Of a stretch of DNA of 46,357 nt, positions 17,483 to 26,968 are shown one piece after another. Under the pieces are notes generated by a model. That model was not told the origin of the DNA, made no database searches, and saw only the letters and a program-made list of their open reading frames with translations. The stretch spans positions 1 through 46,357 of the forward strand of contig JAUIGH010000001.1 of assembly GCA_030429935.1 (NCBI GenBank). Direction: 5' to 3'. The DNA comes from a bacterium (GTDB taxonomy: Bacteria > Patescibacteriota > Saccharimonadia > Saccharimonadales > Saccharimonadaceae). A program made the position numbers and the translations under genes. The stretch's first letter is position 1; every line of letters starts with the position of its first letter.

Positions 17483-20400
17483 ATGACTAAAGCAGGCCGA
17501 CCACTTTATGCGTTTGTAGATGATTGTGCAGTACAGTGGCCTGAGATGCCTGCGCTTAGGGATGAACAGTATGTATATACCTATGGTGAGCTGAGTAAGC
17601 TTTCAAGTTACTTTGCTCATCGTATTTGTGCGACAGGTGACGTTGCGGGAAAGCACATCGGCCTGCTGTACGATCGCTCGGCCCAAAGTATTATCTTGTT
17701 GTTGGCTATTATGAAAGCCGGGGGTGTGTATGTTCCTCTCAACCGGGCATTGCCAAAAGATCGTCTTATGGAAATGGTGAGTGGAGCGGATATCACCCTT
17801 GTCGTCACTCCGGATGAGCCTTCTATTGCTATGGACCAGCCCACTATTGCTCTTGCGCCGATTGATCCTTTGCATGTCGCTATTCAGCCTCCGCTGCTTG
17901 CTAGTGAGGCACTAGCCTATGCAATTTTCACCTCTGGCTCAACGGGAATGCCGAAGCTTGCTCTGTTGAGGCACGAGGCTGTTGTGCATGTTATGACAGC
18001 GTTAGCTGAACGATATTATATCGCACGCAATGATCGTATGCTACAGTTCGCTAATCTCTCATTTGACGGGTCAATATCAGAAATCTTTGGTGCTTTTATC
18101 GCTGGCGCCGAGCTTATTATTCCGGGTGAGCAAACGACGCAAAGTCTTACGCGGCTGGCTGCCTATTTTGATAGCGAGGCTGTGAGTGTTGCTGTTTTGC
18201 CACCCTCGCTTCTTGCACACCTTCCGCTTAGCTTTCGGTCCTTAAAGACTATCGTTGTTGCGGGCGAAGCGTGCTCCTCTTCTCTTGCAAGAACGGTCAC
18301 AAAGCAAGTGCCGCATTTTATTAATGCATATGGTCCGACGGAATGTTCAATTTGTGTTTCAACCTATGAGGTGCCAAAAGATTTCGACGGAAGCATCATT
18401 CCAATCGGCGAGCCGCTCCCCGGCGTGAATACGGTCATACTGGATGAAAAAGGCCAGCCCGTCGCAAATGGAGTGACCGGTGAGCTGTATGTGGGCGGCC
18501 CTAGTCTATTTGATGGGTACTATAATGACTCGGCAAAAACATCTGCTGCGCTCATTCAGCGCGGGGCTGAGGGCCTATTTTATAAAACAGGTGACTATGT
18601 GACTCTTGAGGGTAAAATCCTTACGTACGTATCTCGATCCGATGATTATATAAAACTCCACGGCCTTCGTATCTCTCCCCTTGAGATTGAGGAAGCGATT
18701 CGGCACTCGGACGATTCTATTCGTGGTGCAGCTGTGGTATTGGTTGAGGATGGAGACGACAATAGTCTTGCTGCTTTCTATGAGAGCGCGCACGAGCTAC
18801 CTGTTGATGATATTCTTCAGTCGATAAAGCGCCAATTGCCGGCATATGCGGTGCCGCATAAGATTGTGCATCTTGCACACCTTCCGCTGACTGACAACAA
18901 AAAGATTAACCGTCGTGCACTTGCTGCACAGGTGCGGCCAAGTCTCGAACCGGCGCCAGCTTCGGATTCCTCTCTACGCGCGCTTTGGCAAACTACTCTA
19001 CGGGTGTCCATTGACGATGCAACTGATTTCTTCTTGGCGGGTGGCGACTCGCTGAAGGCGATGCGGTTAATTGCTGAAGTTGATCGGCAGTATGGAACAA
19101 GCTTAAACCTTGTGGATCTCTATAACCACTCCACCTTTGGTGATTTTTCTGCTCACATTGAAGCCTCTTCACCTTCGGCGTCTTTACGATCATACAACCC
19201 ACAGGACCTAACTCCATACGAGGTAATGATGTGGAGCGCGTCTGCACACTCGGGTAACGCAGGGGCGTACACGCTTGTGGAGGTTGTAGAGCCATATTTT
19301 GATGTAGACCCTATGCGACTTAAGCAAGCTATTGCGGCACTGTCTGATAACTTTTCTGCTGCATCGTATCGCTACATCCTTGGTGAGAATGGGCTTGAGA
19401 AACAACTGGCTTCAGGAATTAGTTTTGTTAATCATGGCGATCTCACTAGGGCGGAAGGTGACGCACTCGCCACTTCTCTTGCAAACGCTGGCATAGACCT
19501 TGCTGCCGATGCGCTCATTACAGTTCATTTTGCGCTTATTGACGCGTCCCCTACTATTATCATTCATGCTCATCATATTGTACTTAGTGCAAGTATTCTG
19601 AAGCTCTTTGTGGATGAGCTCTGGCAACGCTATGCTGGCTTGGCCGTAGTGCAGAGGGTCGAGGAAGCGCCTCGAGAATTCACCGAAGACGATTTAGCGT
19701 TTTGGAAAAAAGCTTACGACTCCACCGCTGATTATGTGCAATTGCCATGGAGCGGTATTCGGCAGCCAAAACCAAAGAACGACGGAGCTACCTTTGTAAC
19801 GACAATCGATGTATCTATGAATCGGCTAGTGTCAGAGCTTGGTATTACAAAATTTGTCTTTTACCGAAGTGTCTTCGCTCTTCTCCTCCATAGGCTTACT
19901 GGCCAACCTTCTTTTTACATTGGTAGCTCAGTTGATGTGCGTCATGGTGACTTCTTAGGGGCTCAGCCGGCAATGCTTAATTCACTACCTATTCTCTCTG
20001 TTCTTGAAAGTGAGCAGACGTTTAAGAGTTTTATCCTCGAGACACAGCAGGCTGTGCGGGCCGCCCTTAGTCATTGCCATGTACCCCTTCATGACATTAT
20101 GAAGCTTCACATATTTGAGCAAGATCGTCTCGTCGGTCCTTTTAACGTCTTGTTTGATTACGTCGAGAAGCCTAACTCTTACGAAATGCCCGGGCTTGGC
20201 ACTATTGATAGCAAGCAGTGGTTTAATTCCAGCGCTAAGCACGACCTGACTCTTACAGTTGTTGAATCGTCGGGCACTGAGTTGCAGTGGGAGTACGATA
20301 CTGACCTTCTGGATGAACGAACTGTGCAGCAATTTGCAACTATCTTCACCCACCTCTGTCATACGGTTCTGCACGACTTGCACGCTCCGATCGCTTCCCT

Positions 20401-23400
20401 CCCGCTTCTTGACGAGGGTGAGCGAGTGGCTATGCTAAGCATTGGCAGGGGTGAGACTCGAGCCCGCTCGGCAAGCTCATTCTACGAGCGGTTCTCTGAT
20501 ATGGTGAGGCGGCAACCCGATGCAATTGCTGTGCGACACCAGGGGCACAGCACAACGTATCAAGATCTGCACTACCTCGTGGAGCACTTCTCGGCAATTC
20601 TTGTGGAACAGGAACTGTCCTCAGACGCTCCTGTGGGAGTTTTTATGGAGAGGTCTCCGGAAATGGTCGCCATCATTGTTGCGCTTTGGAGGCTGGGCTA
20701 TGCGTATGTGCCTATCGAAACAACCCTCCCATTGCAACGTATCCGCTCAATTATTGAAACAACTCGAATGTCGCTTATGGTGACGAAAGTTACGCACCGG
20801 GCAAAGCTTCCTGTTGATAATATGCGGATTATCGATGAAACACATCAGCCGAAGACGATCTATACTCCCGAGACTACAGTATCGCCAAATACGCTTGCGT
20901 ATGTCATCTTTACTTCGGGATCCACGGGAACGCCTAAGGGCGTCATGATTGAGCACGCGGGTATGATGAACCACGCTGAAGGTATGATCGAATATCTCGC
21001 GCTTGATAATGCGTCGACGATTGCGCAGACTGCCTCGCATTCATTTGATATTTCTGTGTGGCAATTAACTACAATACTTATTGCTGGTGGAACGATTGCA
21101 ATCTATTCGAAAGACGAGCAAAGCAATCTCGATAGTTTTACGACGCGGCTTTTTGAGGACCGGGTCACTTTGTTGGAGCTCGTGCCATCATACATCAATA
21201 TCCTCCTCGAATATCTTGAGGATACGCACAATCAGCAGAAGCTAAAGAACATTGACGCCCTCATCTCGACGGGTGAGAACATCTCGTGGCCTATTGTCGA
21301 GGGTTGGCTGCAAAACATGCCAGGGAGTCGTTTAATGAATGCCTACGGACCGGCCGAGGCATCTGATGACACTAACTTGTTTACATTTAAAGATCTATCG
21401 GCAATGCAGCGACGAGGTCTTCCGGTTGGTGCTTCCCTTGCTAATGTTAATGCTTACGTTCTAGATGAAGCGCTAAATCCTCAACCAATTGGTGTGCAGG
21501 GTGAAATCTATATTGCAGGCATTGCAGTGGGCCGAGGATATATTAATGATCCTGAGCGAACTCGCAAGAGCTTTATTAGCAATCCTCACACGGGTGAGCG
21601 TATGTATAAAACGGGCGACCTTGGCTATTGGTCCTCGGAGGGTCAACTTGTGTATTTAGGGCGCTCTGACTTTCAGGTCAAAATTCGAGGCTTCCGGATC
21701 GAACTCGAAGAAATTGAGGCCCACATCATTCGCTACCCTCATATTACGTCAGTAGCGGTAATGGTGGTTGACCGGAATAATTCCAAGCAGCTCCACGCTT
21801 ATGTCACTGCTGATATAGATATTGATAGTAGTGTGGTGCTAAGTCATCTTCGCGACCATCTCCCTGACTATATGGTTCCTTCGAGTATTGTTCAGTTATC
21901 GGCTCTGCCGTTAAACAATAGTGGAAAGATTGATCGTCATTTTCTTGCCAACAAAGAGCGTCTGCGTTTCAAGGAAGTTGAGGAAATTGCTGGGCCGAGC
22001 GTTGAAGAAGCAGCAGTAATGGCGGTATGGCGCGAAGTCTTTGGGTTGGATTATATGACGGTTGACGATGACTACTATGCGCTTGGCGGAGACTCGATTA
22101 CGTCTTTTCGCGTCTATGCCAAGCTCAGCGCAAAGGGCTACCAGCTTACTCTTCAGGACATCCTTGCCTTCCCTATCCTGAAAGACTTCGCGAGAACCAT
22201 GACATCTGAGTCAGTTGACGTGCGGCAGGTACCTCGGATCGACAAGGCATTATTGCCGACACCGATTCAATCCCGACTCCTGGCTGCCGGGTCTAAAGAA
22301 GTAATGGCGCAGAATATTAGTCTCAAAGGTCACTGGGAGCGTGAGCGACTTAATACTGCTATCCAGGCGTCGGCACGGAACCAAGGTGTCTTTTATCTGA
22401 TGTTCGACGCAGATGGACAGCGCTTTGGCCTGGAGCCCCAATTCAAAGAGGCATATGCATTCGTTGAGTCATCTGTTGCTGAGGATGATGCTTTTGACAG
22501 GCTGAACAGGGAGCTGACGCGGAGTGTGGTTTTTGCTTATGGTGCCGAGGGTGACGACACTACAGTAAGGGCGCTTTACCTGTCGGCGAATCATTTGGTA
22601 ATGGATGTAGTGTCATGGAATATCTTTATTGCCGCGGTGAACGATGCGTATGAGGCGACGTCACGTGTCGATAATGATATCGATTACACATTTGGCTCAT
22701 GGGCACAGGCCATGCAAGATGCTGATGACCCTTCGTCTGAAATATTAGACTATTGGCGGGGTGTTCTTTTGCAAACGGTTGATGCGACGCGTGCATTAAA
22801 GCAACTTTTTGTTTACGACATTCCTGATCGGCAACTCTTTACGATGGACGCACCCCTTCCTCTGGTACAATTTACAGACGCGTCGGTTTATCTAGCCGTA
22901 TTACAAGCGCTTGCGCAAGTCCTTGATATTGCTCAGTCGGGGATATTAATAGAAACTCATGGACGGTACGGGGAGGTGTTAGGCATTGACCTCTCAAAGA
23001 CGGTGGGGTGGTTTACTCACCTCTTACCCCTGACTGGGGCGACTAGCCGTGATATTGAATCTATTCTTCGTGTAGACAATATGACTAAAGTGGCTTATGG
23101 CTTGGCAACTCAACGAGATTTACTGAATCGCGAACTAGAGCCACTAGTGGTTGTAAACTATCTTGGCAAATCTTCTAATATGAGTGGCTATGCTATGCGC
23201 CATAGTGCCCAGGAGAGGCCGATCGGCAAAGAATTACTGGAGCTGTCTATCTATGAAGACGGCTCGAATTTGTGCATTAAAGTCGTGCTCTATGCGACAC
23301 CGAAGGAGGATGAATTTGTACAGAAACTCCTTACTGCTATTACCCGGCAGCTCTCTGCGGGTGAGGCTAATTTAGAAAAAAGTCGTCTTGATGCTATTTT

Positions 23401-23428
23401 GAAAAGAATCGGAGCAAACTGTGGATAG
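17483..23428 (+). CDS. Non-ribosomal peptide synthetase, A-T-C-A-T-E
   Basis: Two A domains (FTSGSTGxPK, NAYGP, YKTGD), two carrier domains (GGDSL, GGDSI), a C domain (HHIVLSA) and a terminal epimerase-like domain (NHLVMDVVSW, ETHGR, TVGWFT). Confidence 0.95.
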   Translation: MTKAGRPLYAFVDDCAVQWPEMPALRDEQYVYTYGELSKLSSYFAHRICATGDVAGKHIGLLYDRSAQSIILLLAIMKAGGVYVPLNRALPKDRLMEMVSGADITLVVTPDEPSIAMDQPTIALAPIDPLHVAIQPPLLASEALAYAIFTSGSTGMPKLALLRHEAVVHVMTALAERYYIARNDRMLQFANLSFDGSISEIFGAFIAGAELIIPGEQTTQSLTRLAAYFDSEAVSVAVLPPSLLAHLPLSFRSLKTIVVAGEACSSSLARTVTKQVPHFINAYGPTECSICVSTYEVPKDFDGSIIPIGEPLPGVNTVILDEKGQPVANGVTGELYVGGPSLFDGYYNDSAKTSAALIQRGAEGLFYKTGDYVTLEGKILTYVSRSDDYIKLHGLRISPLEIEEAIRHSDDSIRGAAVVLVEDGDDNSLAAFYESAHELPVDDILQSIKRQLPAYAVPHKIVHLAHLPLTDNKKINRRALAAQVRPSLEPAPASDSSLRALWQTTLRVSIDDATDFFLAGGDSLKAMRLIAEVDRQYGTSLNLVDLYNHSTFGDFSAHIEASSPSASLRSYNPQDLTPYEVMMWSASAHSGNAGAYTLVEVVEPYFDVDPMRLKQAIAALSDNFSAASYRYILGENGLEKQLASGISFVNHGDLTRAEGDALATSLANAGIDLAADALITVHFALIDASPTIIIHAHHIVLSASILKLFVDELWQRYAGLAVVQRVEEAPREFTEDDLAFWKKAYDSTADYVQLPWSGIRQPKPKNDGATFVTTIDVSMNRLVSELGITKFVFYRSVFALLLHRLTGQPSFYIGSSVDVRHGDFLGAQPAMLNSLPILSVLESEQTFKSFILETQQAVRAALSHCHVPLHDIMKLHIFEQDRLVGPFNVLFDYVEKPNSYEMPGLGTIDSKQWFNSSAKHDLTLTVVESSGTELQWEYDTDLLDERTVQQFATIFTHLCHTVLHDLHAPIASLPLLDEGERVAMLSIGRGETRARSASSFYERFSDMVRRQPDAIAVRHQGHSTTYQDLHYLVEHFSAILVEQELSSDAPVGVFMERSPEMVAIIVALWRLGYAYVPIETTLPLQRIRSIIETTRMSLMVTKVTHRAKLPVDNMRIIDETHQPKTIYTPETTVSPNTLAYVIFTSGSTGTPKGVMIEHAGMMNHAEGMIEYLALDNASTIAQTASHSFDISVWQLTTILIAGGTIAIYSKDEQSNLDSFTTRLFEDRVTLLELVPSYINILLEYLEDTHNQQKLKNIDALISTGENISWPIVEGWLQNMPGSRLMNAYGPAEASDDTNLFTFKDLSAMQRRGLPVGASLANVNAYVLDEALNPQPIGVQGEIYIAGIAVGRGYINDPERTRKSFISNPHTGERMYKTGDLGYWSSEGQLVYLGRSDFQVKIRGFRIELEEIEAHIIRYPHITSVAVMVVDRNNSKQLHAYVTADIDIDSSVVLSHLRDHLPDYMVPSSIVQLSALPLNNSGKIDRHFLANKERLRFKEVEEIAGPSVEEAAVMAVWREVFGLDYMTVDDDYYALGGDSITSFRVYAKLSAKGYQLTLQDILAFPILKDFARTMTSESVDVRQVPRIDKALLPTPIQSRLLAAGSKEVMAQNISLKGHWERERLNTAIQASARNQGVFYLMFDADGQRFGLEPQFKEAYAFVESSVAEDDAFDRLNRELTRSVVFAYGAEGDDTTVRALYLSANHLVMDVVSWNIFIAAVNDAYEATSRVDNDIDYTFGSWAQAMQDADDPSSEILDYWRGVLLQTVDATRALKQLFVYDIPDRQLFTMDAPLPLVQFTDASVYLAVLQALAQVLDIAQSGILIETHGRYGEVLGIDLSKTVGWFTHLLPLTGATSRDIESILRVDNMTKVAYGLATQRDLLNRELEPLVVVNYLGKSSNMSGYAMRHSAQERPIGKELLELSIYEDGSNLCIKVVLYATPKEDEFVQKLLTAITRQLSAGEANLEKSRLDAILKRIGANCG

Positions 23429-26270
23429 TCCAATTACTGACATTGTGCCTGCAACTCCCGTACAGCATGGGTTGCTCTATGTTGAGCGTTCGTATGCAAA
23501 AGGCTCGCTCTATCATGAGCAGTACATTGCTAAGTTGGCGGGCCCCCTGGACCTGGGCCGTCTAGAAATTGCATGGCAAAAAACCGTTGCTGCACACACT
23601 ATTTTGCGAACTATTTTTGACTGGGATGGACAAAATGAACCGATGCAAATTGTACTGCGGCATTATGCTGCGCCGTTTGTTGTTATGGCTGATCCGCTGG
23701 AGGAGAATGAACGTACGGCATTTGTAGAGCGGGACGCTCAGGATTCATTTCAATTTGATACAACTCCACCCCATCGACTCACTCTCATGAAGCTCGATGA
23801 TCAGACGCACTGGCTAGTTTTTACCTACCACCATCTATTACTAGATGGCTCCTCAGTCTCGGCGTTATTTGATTACTTGGCATGGCAGTATAATCAGCCG
23901 TCCGAAGTGCGAGAAATTAATGACTACGGCGCATACTCTCGTTGGATACAGAGTTATAGGCAACAGGAAAATTCTGTTGATGCGTGGCATAGCTATGCCG
24001 AGGGTATTAGTCTCCCAGCTTCGCTGGTGCAAGAATATAGCAATGATCAGACTCGCGAGCATTATCAGTATATTGATCGCGAGGCGGTAGATCGGCTGGT
24101 CGCTGCGGCTCGTGCGCATCACCTCACGCTTAACAGTATTTGTCAGGTTATGTGGGCATATACATTTGCGCTGAGTCGTGAGCAGCCACAGGTGTGCGCT
24201 GGTTCACCGACAATGGTCAAGCCACTTGATAGCAGCCTGGATTCTGTAGTGGGTCTTTGTATTAATACATTGCCTTATATACTCTCGTTCGATCGCGAGC
24301 AATCTCTGGTTGATATTGCTGTGCGGCATCAACAGAACTGGGGAGGGCTTATCGAGCACTCTCGAATCGGGCTCGCTGAGATCAAGAAAGCTATTGGATA
24401 TCATCACTATGGCGATCCGTTCGACACCATACTAACGTACACGGACGCTCGTGACAGAATACTCCCTAGGCTTGATGGTGTAGATTGGCGGGTCCTGTCG
24501 CATAATGAAGTAACTCAATATCCCCTATCGCTGGACGTTGTTTATGATGTTCATTCAATTGAATTAAAAGCAACCTACAGAGATGCTCACTATAATGCAC
24601 CGACCATTTCACGTCTTGTGCAGTCTTTTGCTGATAATCTTAGCCTTTTCATTGAACACCCCGATACCATTCCTCACCTTCGGTCTTATACTGATGTAGA
24701 TGACGAGACTGTTGCCCCTCAGGGAAGCGGGCGTGAGGCACTGACCGAGAAAATTGCACAGATATGGACGGATGTATTCGGCGTTGAAGTTGGATATGAT
24801 TCAAACTTTTTCGACCTTGGTGGTGACTCAATTAGCTCTCTTCGTATTGTCAGTAAACTCCTTGAGGCGGGCGTTACGGCTTCGATGCGCGATGTCTTCG
24901 ATTCACCGACCCCGGAGCTGCTTGCTCGAGTGGTGTTATCGACCGCAATAGATGACCCTGTTACGCACATGGATCTGCCTGCAAGCGTTGAGGAGAAGGC
25001 TCGTCAGTTATACGGAAGCAATATTAGTGCAGTTGTCCGCGCTTCGAGTGTCCAGCAAGGCATTATCCGTCGTCCATCATCCAAGCAGAATTTATATCAT
25101 GACCAATCAACGTTTACCTACAAAGGCCGCTTGGACCCTGAACTATTTGAAAAAGCGTGGAACATTGCTGCACATAAAAATGACGCGATGCGCATGCGAT
25201 ATTTTTCGAAGGACGATGTGTGGTATGTGTGTGCGTTAAAAGACAGCGCCATATCTATGCGGTATTTCGACCTCAGGGATACACCACGACAGAGCGAGGC
25301 TATACAGCGCGCTATTGAAGACGACTTGGCGACGCCTTTTAATCTTCAGCGCGACCCACTTATTAGACTAAGGCTATATCGAACTGGCGATGAGACACAC
25401 GTTCTCTTTTTGAGTTTCCATATTCTTGTTACCGACGGTTGGAGCTTTGCTTTCATGATGGACGATGTTTTCACTGCCTACGAACACCTTATTGAGGAGC
25501 GATCGTTCGATCTTCCTAGTCGCCGCCTGACATATGTTGACTATCTCCACTCGCTTACGGTGAGCGATACTATTTCCGGTCGCCAGCATTGGTCTCAATA
25601 TCTCCATGATGCTGCGGGAGCTAAGGGTGTGTCGATCTCAAATTTTTCAAACCTTGACGTGGTTTTTGCTCATCTTGACGGAGACGAGACGGATGTAATT
25701 CAGCGGTTTGCAAGTGCAAAGAAGCTATCACTCAACTCGGTCGTGCAGGCTGCTTGGGCAACAATTAACGCACGACAATCGGAACCGGTTATATTTGGTG
25801 CAACAACGTCCGCTCGTTTGCTTCATGGTGTCAATTACGACGATACTGTTGGTCTTTTCTTTAATGACATCCCTATTATTGCTCATGTCGAGGGTCGGAG
25901 TATTGAGCAGCTGGCAAATATAATTCAGCGTGATTTTCAGACGAACCTAAAGTATAGCTACGTATCTTCTTATGATATTGCGGAGATGGTGGGTCGGGAT
26001 CCCGAAGAAGCGCCATATGATAGTCTTATTGTTTTCGAAAACTACCCTAAGATGCAGGAAGATAGCCTGAAAGAATCCCGCCGTGGTGGAGTGATGAATA
26101 CGGACTATTGGCGACGGGACATGGCCGACATTCCAATGACGTTGTATGTAGAGGTGCGCAATGGCGTGACAGACATTAAACTTTCTTATAACAATACCGT
26201 CGTTTCTCGTGATGTTGCTCAGGGGCTTGTCGATGAGTTTATGCGGACGTTAAAGGTATGTACATTGTAG
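23421..26270 (+). CDS. Non-ribosomal peptide synthetase, C-T-C (no A or TE domain)
   Basis: C domain HHLLLDG, carrier domain FFDLGGDSI, second C-like domain HILVTDGWS; GTG start overlaps NRPS1. Confidence 0.92.
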   Translation: MDSPITDIVPATPVQHGLLYVERSYAKGSLYHEQYIAKLAGPLDLGRLEIAWQKTVAAHTILRTIFDWDGQNEPMQIVLRHYAAPFVVMADPLEENERTAFVERDAQDSFQFDTTPPHRLTLMKLDDQTHWLVFTYHHLLLDGSSVSALFDYLAWQYNQPSEVREINDYGAYSRWIQSYRQQENSVDAWHSYAEGISLPASLVQEYSNDQTREHYQYIDREAVDRLVAAARAHHLTLNSICQVMWAYTFALSREQPQVCAGSPTMVKPLDSSLDSVVGLCINTLPYILSFDREQSLVDIAVRHQQNWGGLIEHSRIGLAEIKKAIGYHHYGDPFDTILTYTDARDRILPRLDGVDWRVLSHNEVTQYPLSLDVVYDVHSIELKATYRDAHYNAPTISRLVQSFADNLSLFIEHPDTIPHLRSYTDVDDETVAPQGSGREALTEKIAQIWTDVFGVEVGYDSNFFDLGGDSISSLRIVSKLLEAGVTASMRDVFDSPTPELLARVVLSTAIDDPVTHMDLPASVEEKARQLYGSNISAVVRASSVQQGIIRRPSSKQNLYHDQSTFTYKGRLDPELFEKAWNIAAHKNDAMRMRYFSKDDVWYVCALKDSAISMRYFDLRDTPRQSEAIQRAIEDDLATPFNLQRDPLIRLRLYRTGDETHVLFLSFHILVTDGWSFAFMMDDVFTAYEHLIEERSFDLPSRRLTYVDYLHSLTVSDTISGRQHWSQYLHDAAGAKGVSISNFSNLDVVFAHLDGDETDVIQRFASAKKLSLNSVVQAAWATINARQSEPVIFGATTSARLLHGVNYDDTVGLFFNDIPIIAHVEGRSIEQLANIIQRDFQTNLKYSYVSSYDIAEMVGRDPEEAPYDSLIVFENYPKMQEDSLKESRRGGVMNTDYWRRDMADIPMTLYVEVRNGVTDIKLSYNNTVVSRDVAQGLVDEFMRTLKVCTL

Positions 26271-26968
26271 CGCTTCTTGATATTAGGCTAGTAAATGATG
26301 GGATTAAGACAAAGGCCGTGTCCCTCTTGTCGCCTGAGGAAATGGAGCGTTATGGGAGATTCCGTCATGCGTCCGATGCTAATCTATTTCTTTTTGGTCG
26401 GTTTCTTGCGCGCTGTCTTGTTTCCCGTGTCGCCACGAGGCGACCTGAAGATGTTGCAATCCTGGTTGCCGGTACCGCAACTAAGCCCTATGAGTCGCAG
26501 CGGCTGATAGAGTTTAGCATTTCACACAGTGGAACCTTTGTGGCAGTTGCTGTCTCTCAGCGACCGGTTGGTATCGACGCACAGGTGCACGACCAGACAC
26601 GGACTGATGTGTTTGATAGATTCTTTACTGCTGAAGAAAAAGGCTACGCCCACCAGTCGTTGAAGAATTTTTATAGATTATGGACGTCTGTGGAGTCGCT
26701 AGCAAAGATTACAGAGCTCGGCTTCAATGAAGCGCTCATGAATCGTACCCCCCGGTTCAAGAGTGATTTGAGTGGCTACACTTTCAATCAGACAAGCTAT
26801 TACATAAGTACGCTCGTTCAAACAGAGGATCTGACATTATCTGTCGTTACAGCTGAAGACGTGCTCTTTCGGAAGTACCCGTCAGCGAGAGAGGGACTCC
26901 TTGCTGGGATCGATACTGATGAGCTTTCACTTGAAGTTTACTCTGGGAGTGTAGACTCTGACGTGTAG
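26258..26968 (+). CDS. 4'-phosphopantetheinyl transferase, Sfp type
   Basis: Motifs LLSPEEMERYGRF, FSISHSG, VGID and LWTSVESLAK; adjacent to the NRPS genes. Confidence 0.88.
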   Translation: MYIVALLDIRLVNDGIKTKAVSLLSPEEMERYGRFRHASDANLFLFGRFLARCLVSRVATRRPEDVAILVAGTATKPYESQRLIEFSISHSGTFVAVAVSQRPVGIDAQVHDQTRTDVFDRFFTAEEKGYAHQSLKNFYRLWTSVESLAKITELGFNEALMNRTPRFKSDLSGYTFNQTSYYISTLVQTEDLTLSVVTAEDVLFRKYPSAREGLLAGIDTDELSLEVYSGSVDSDV

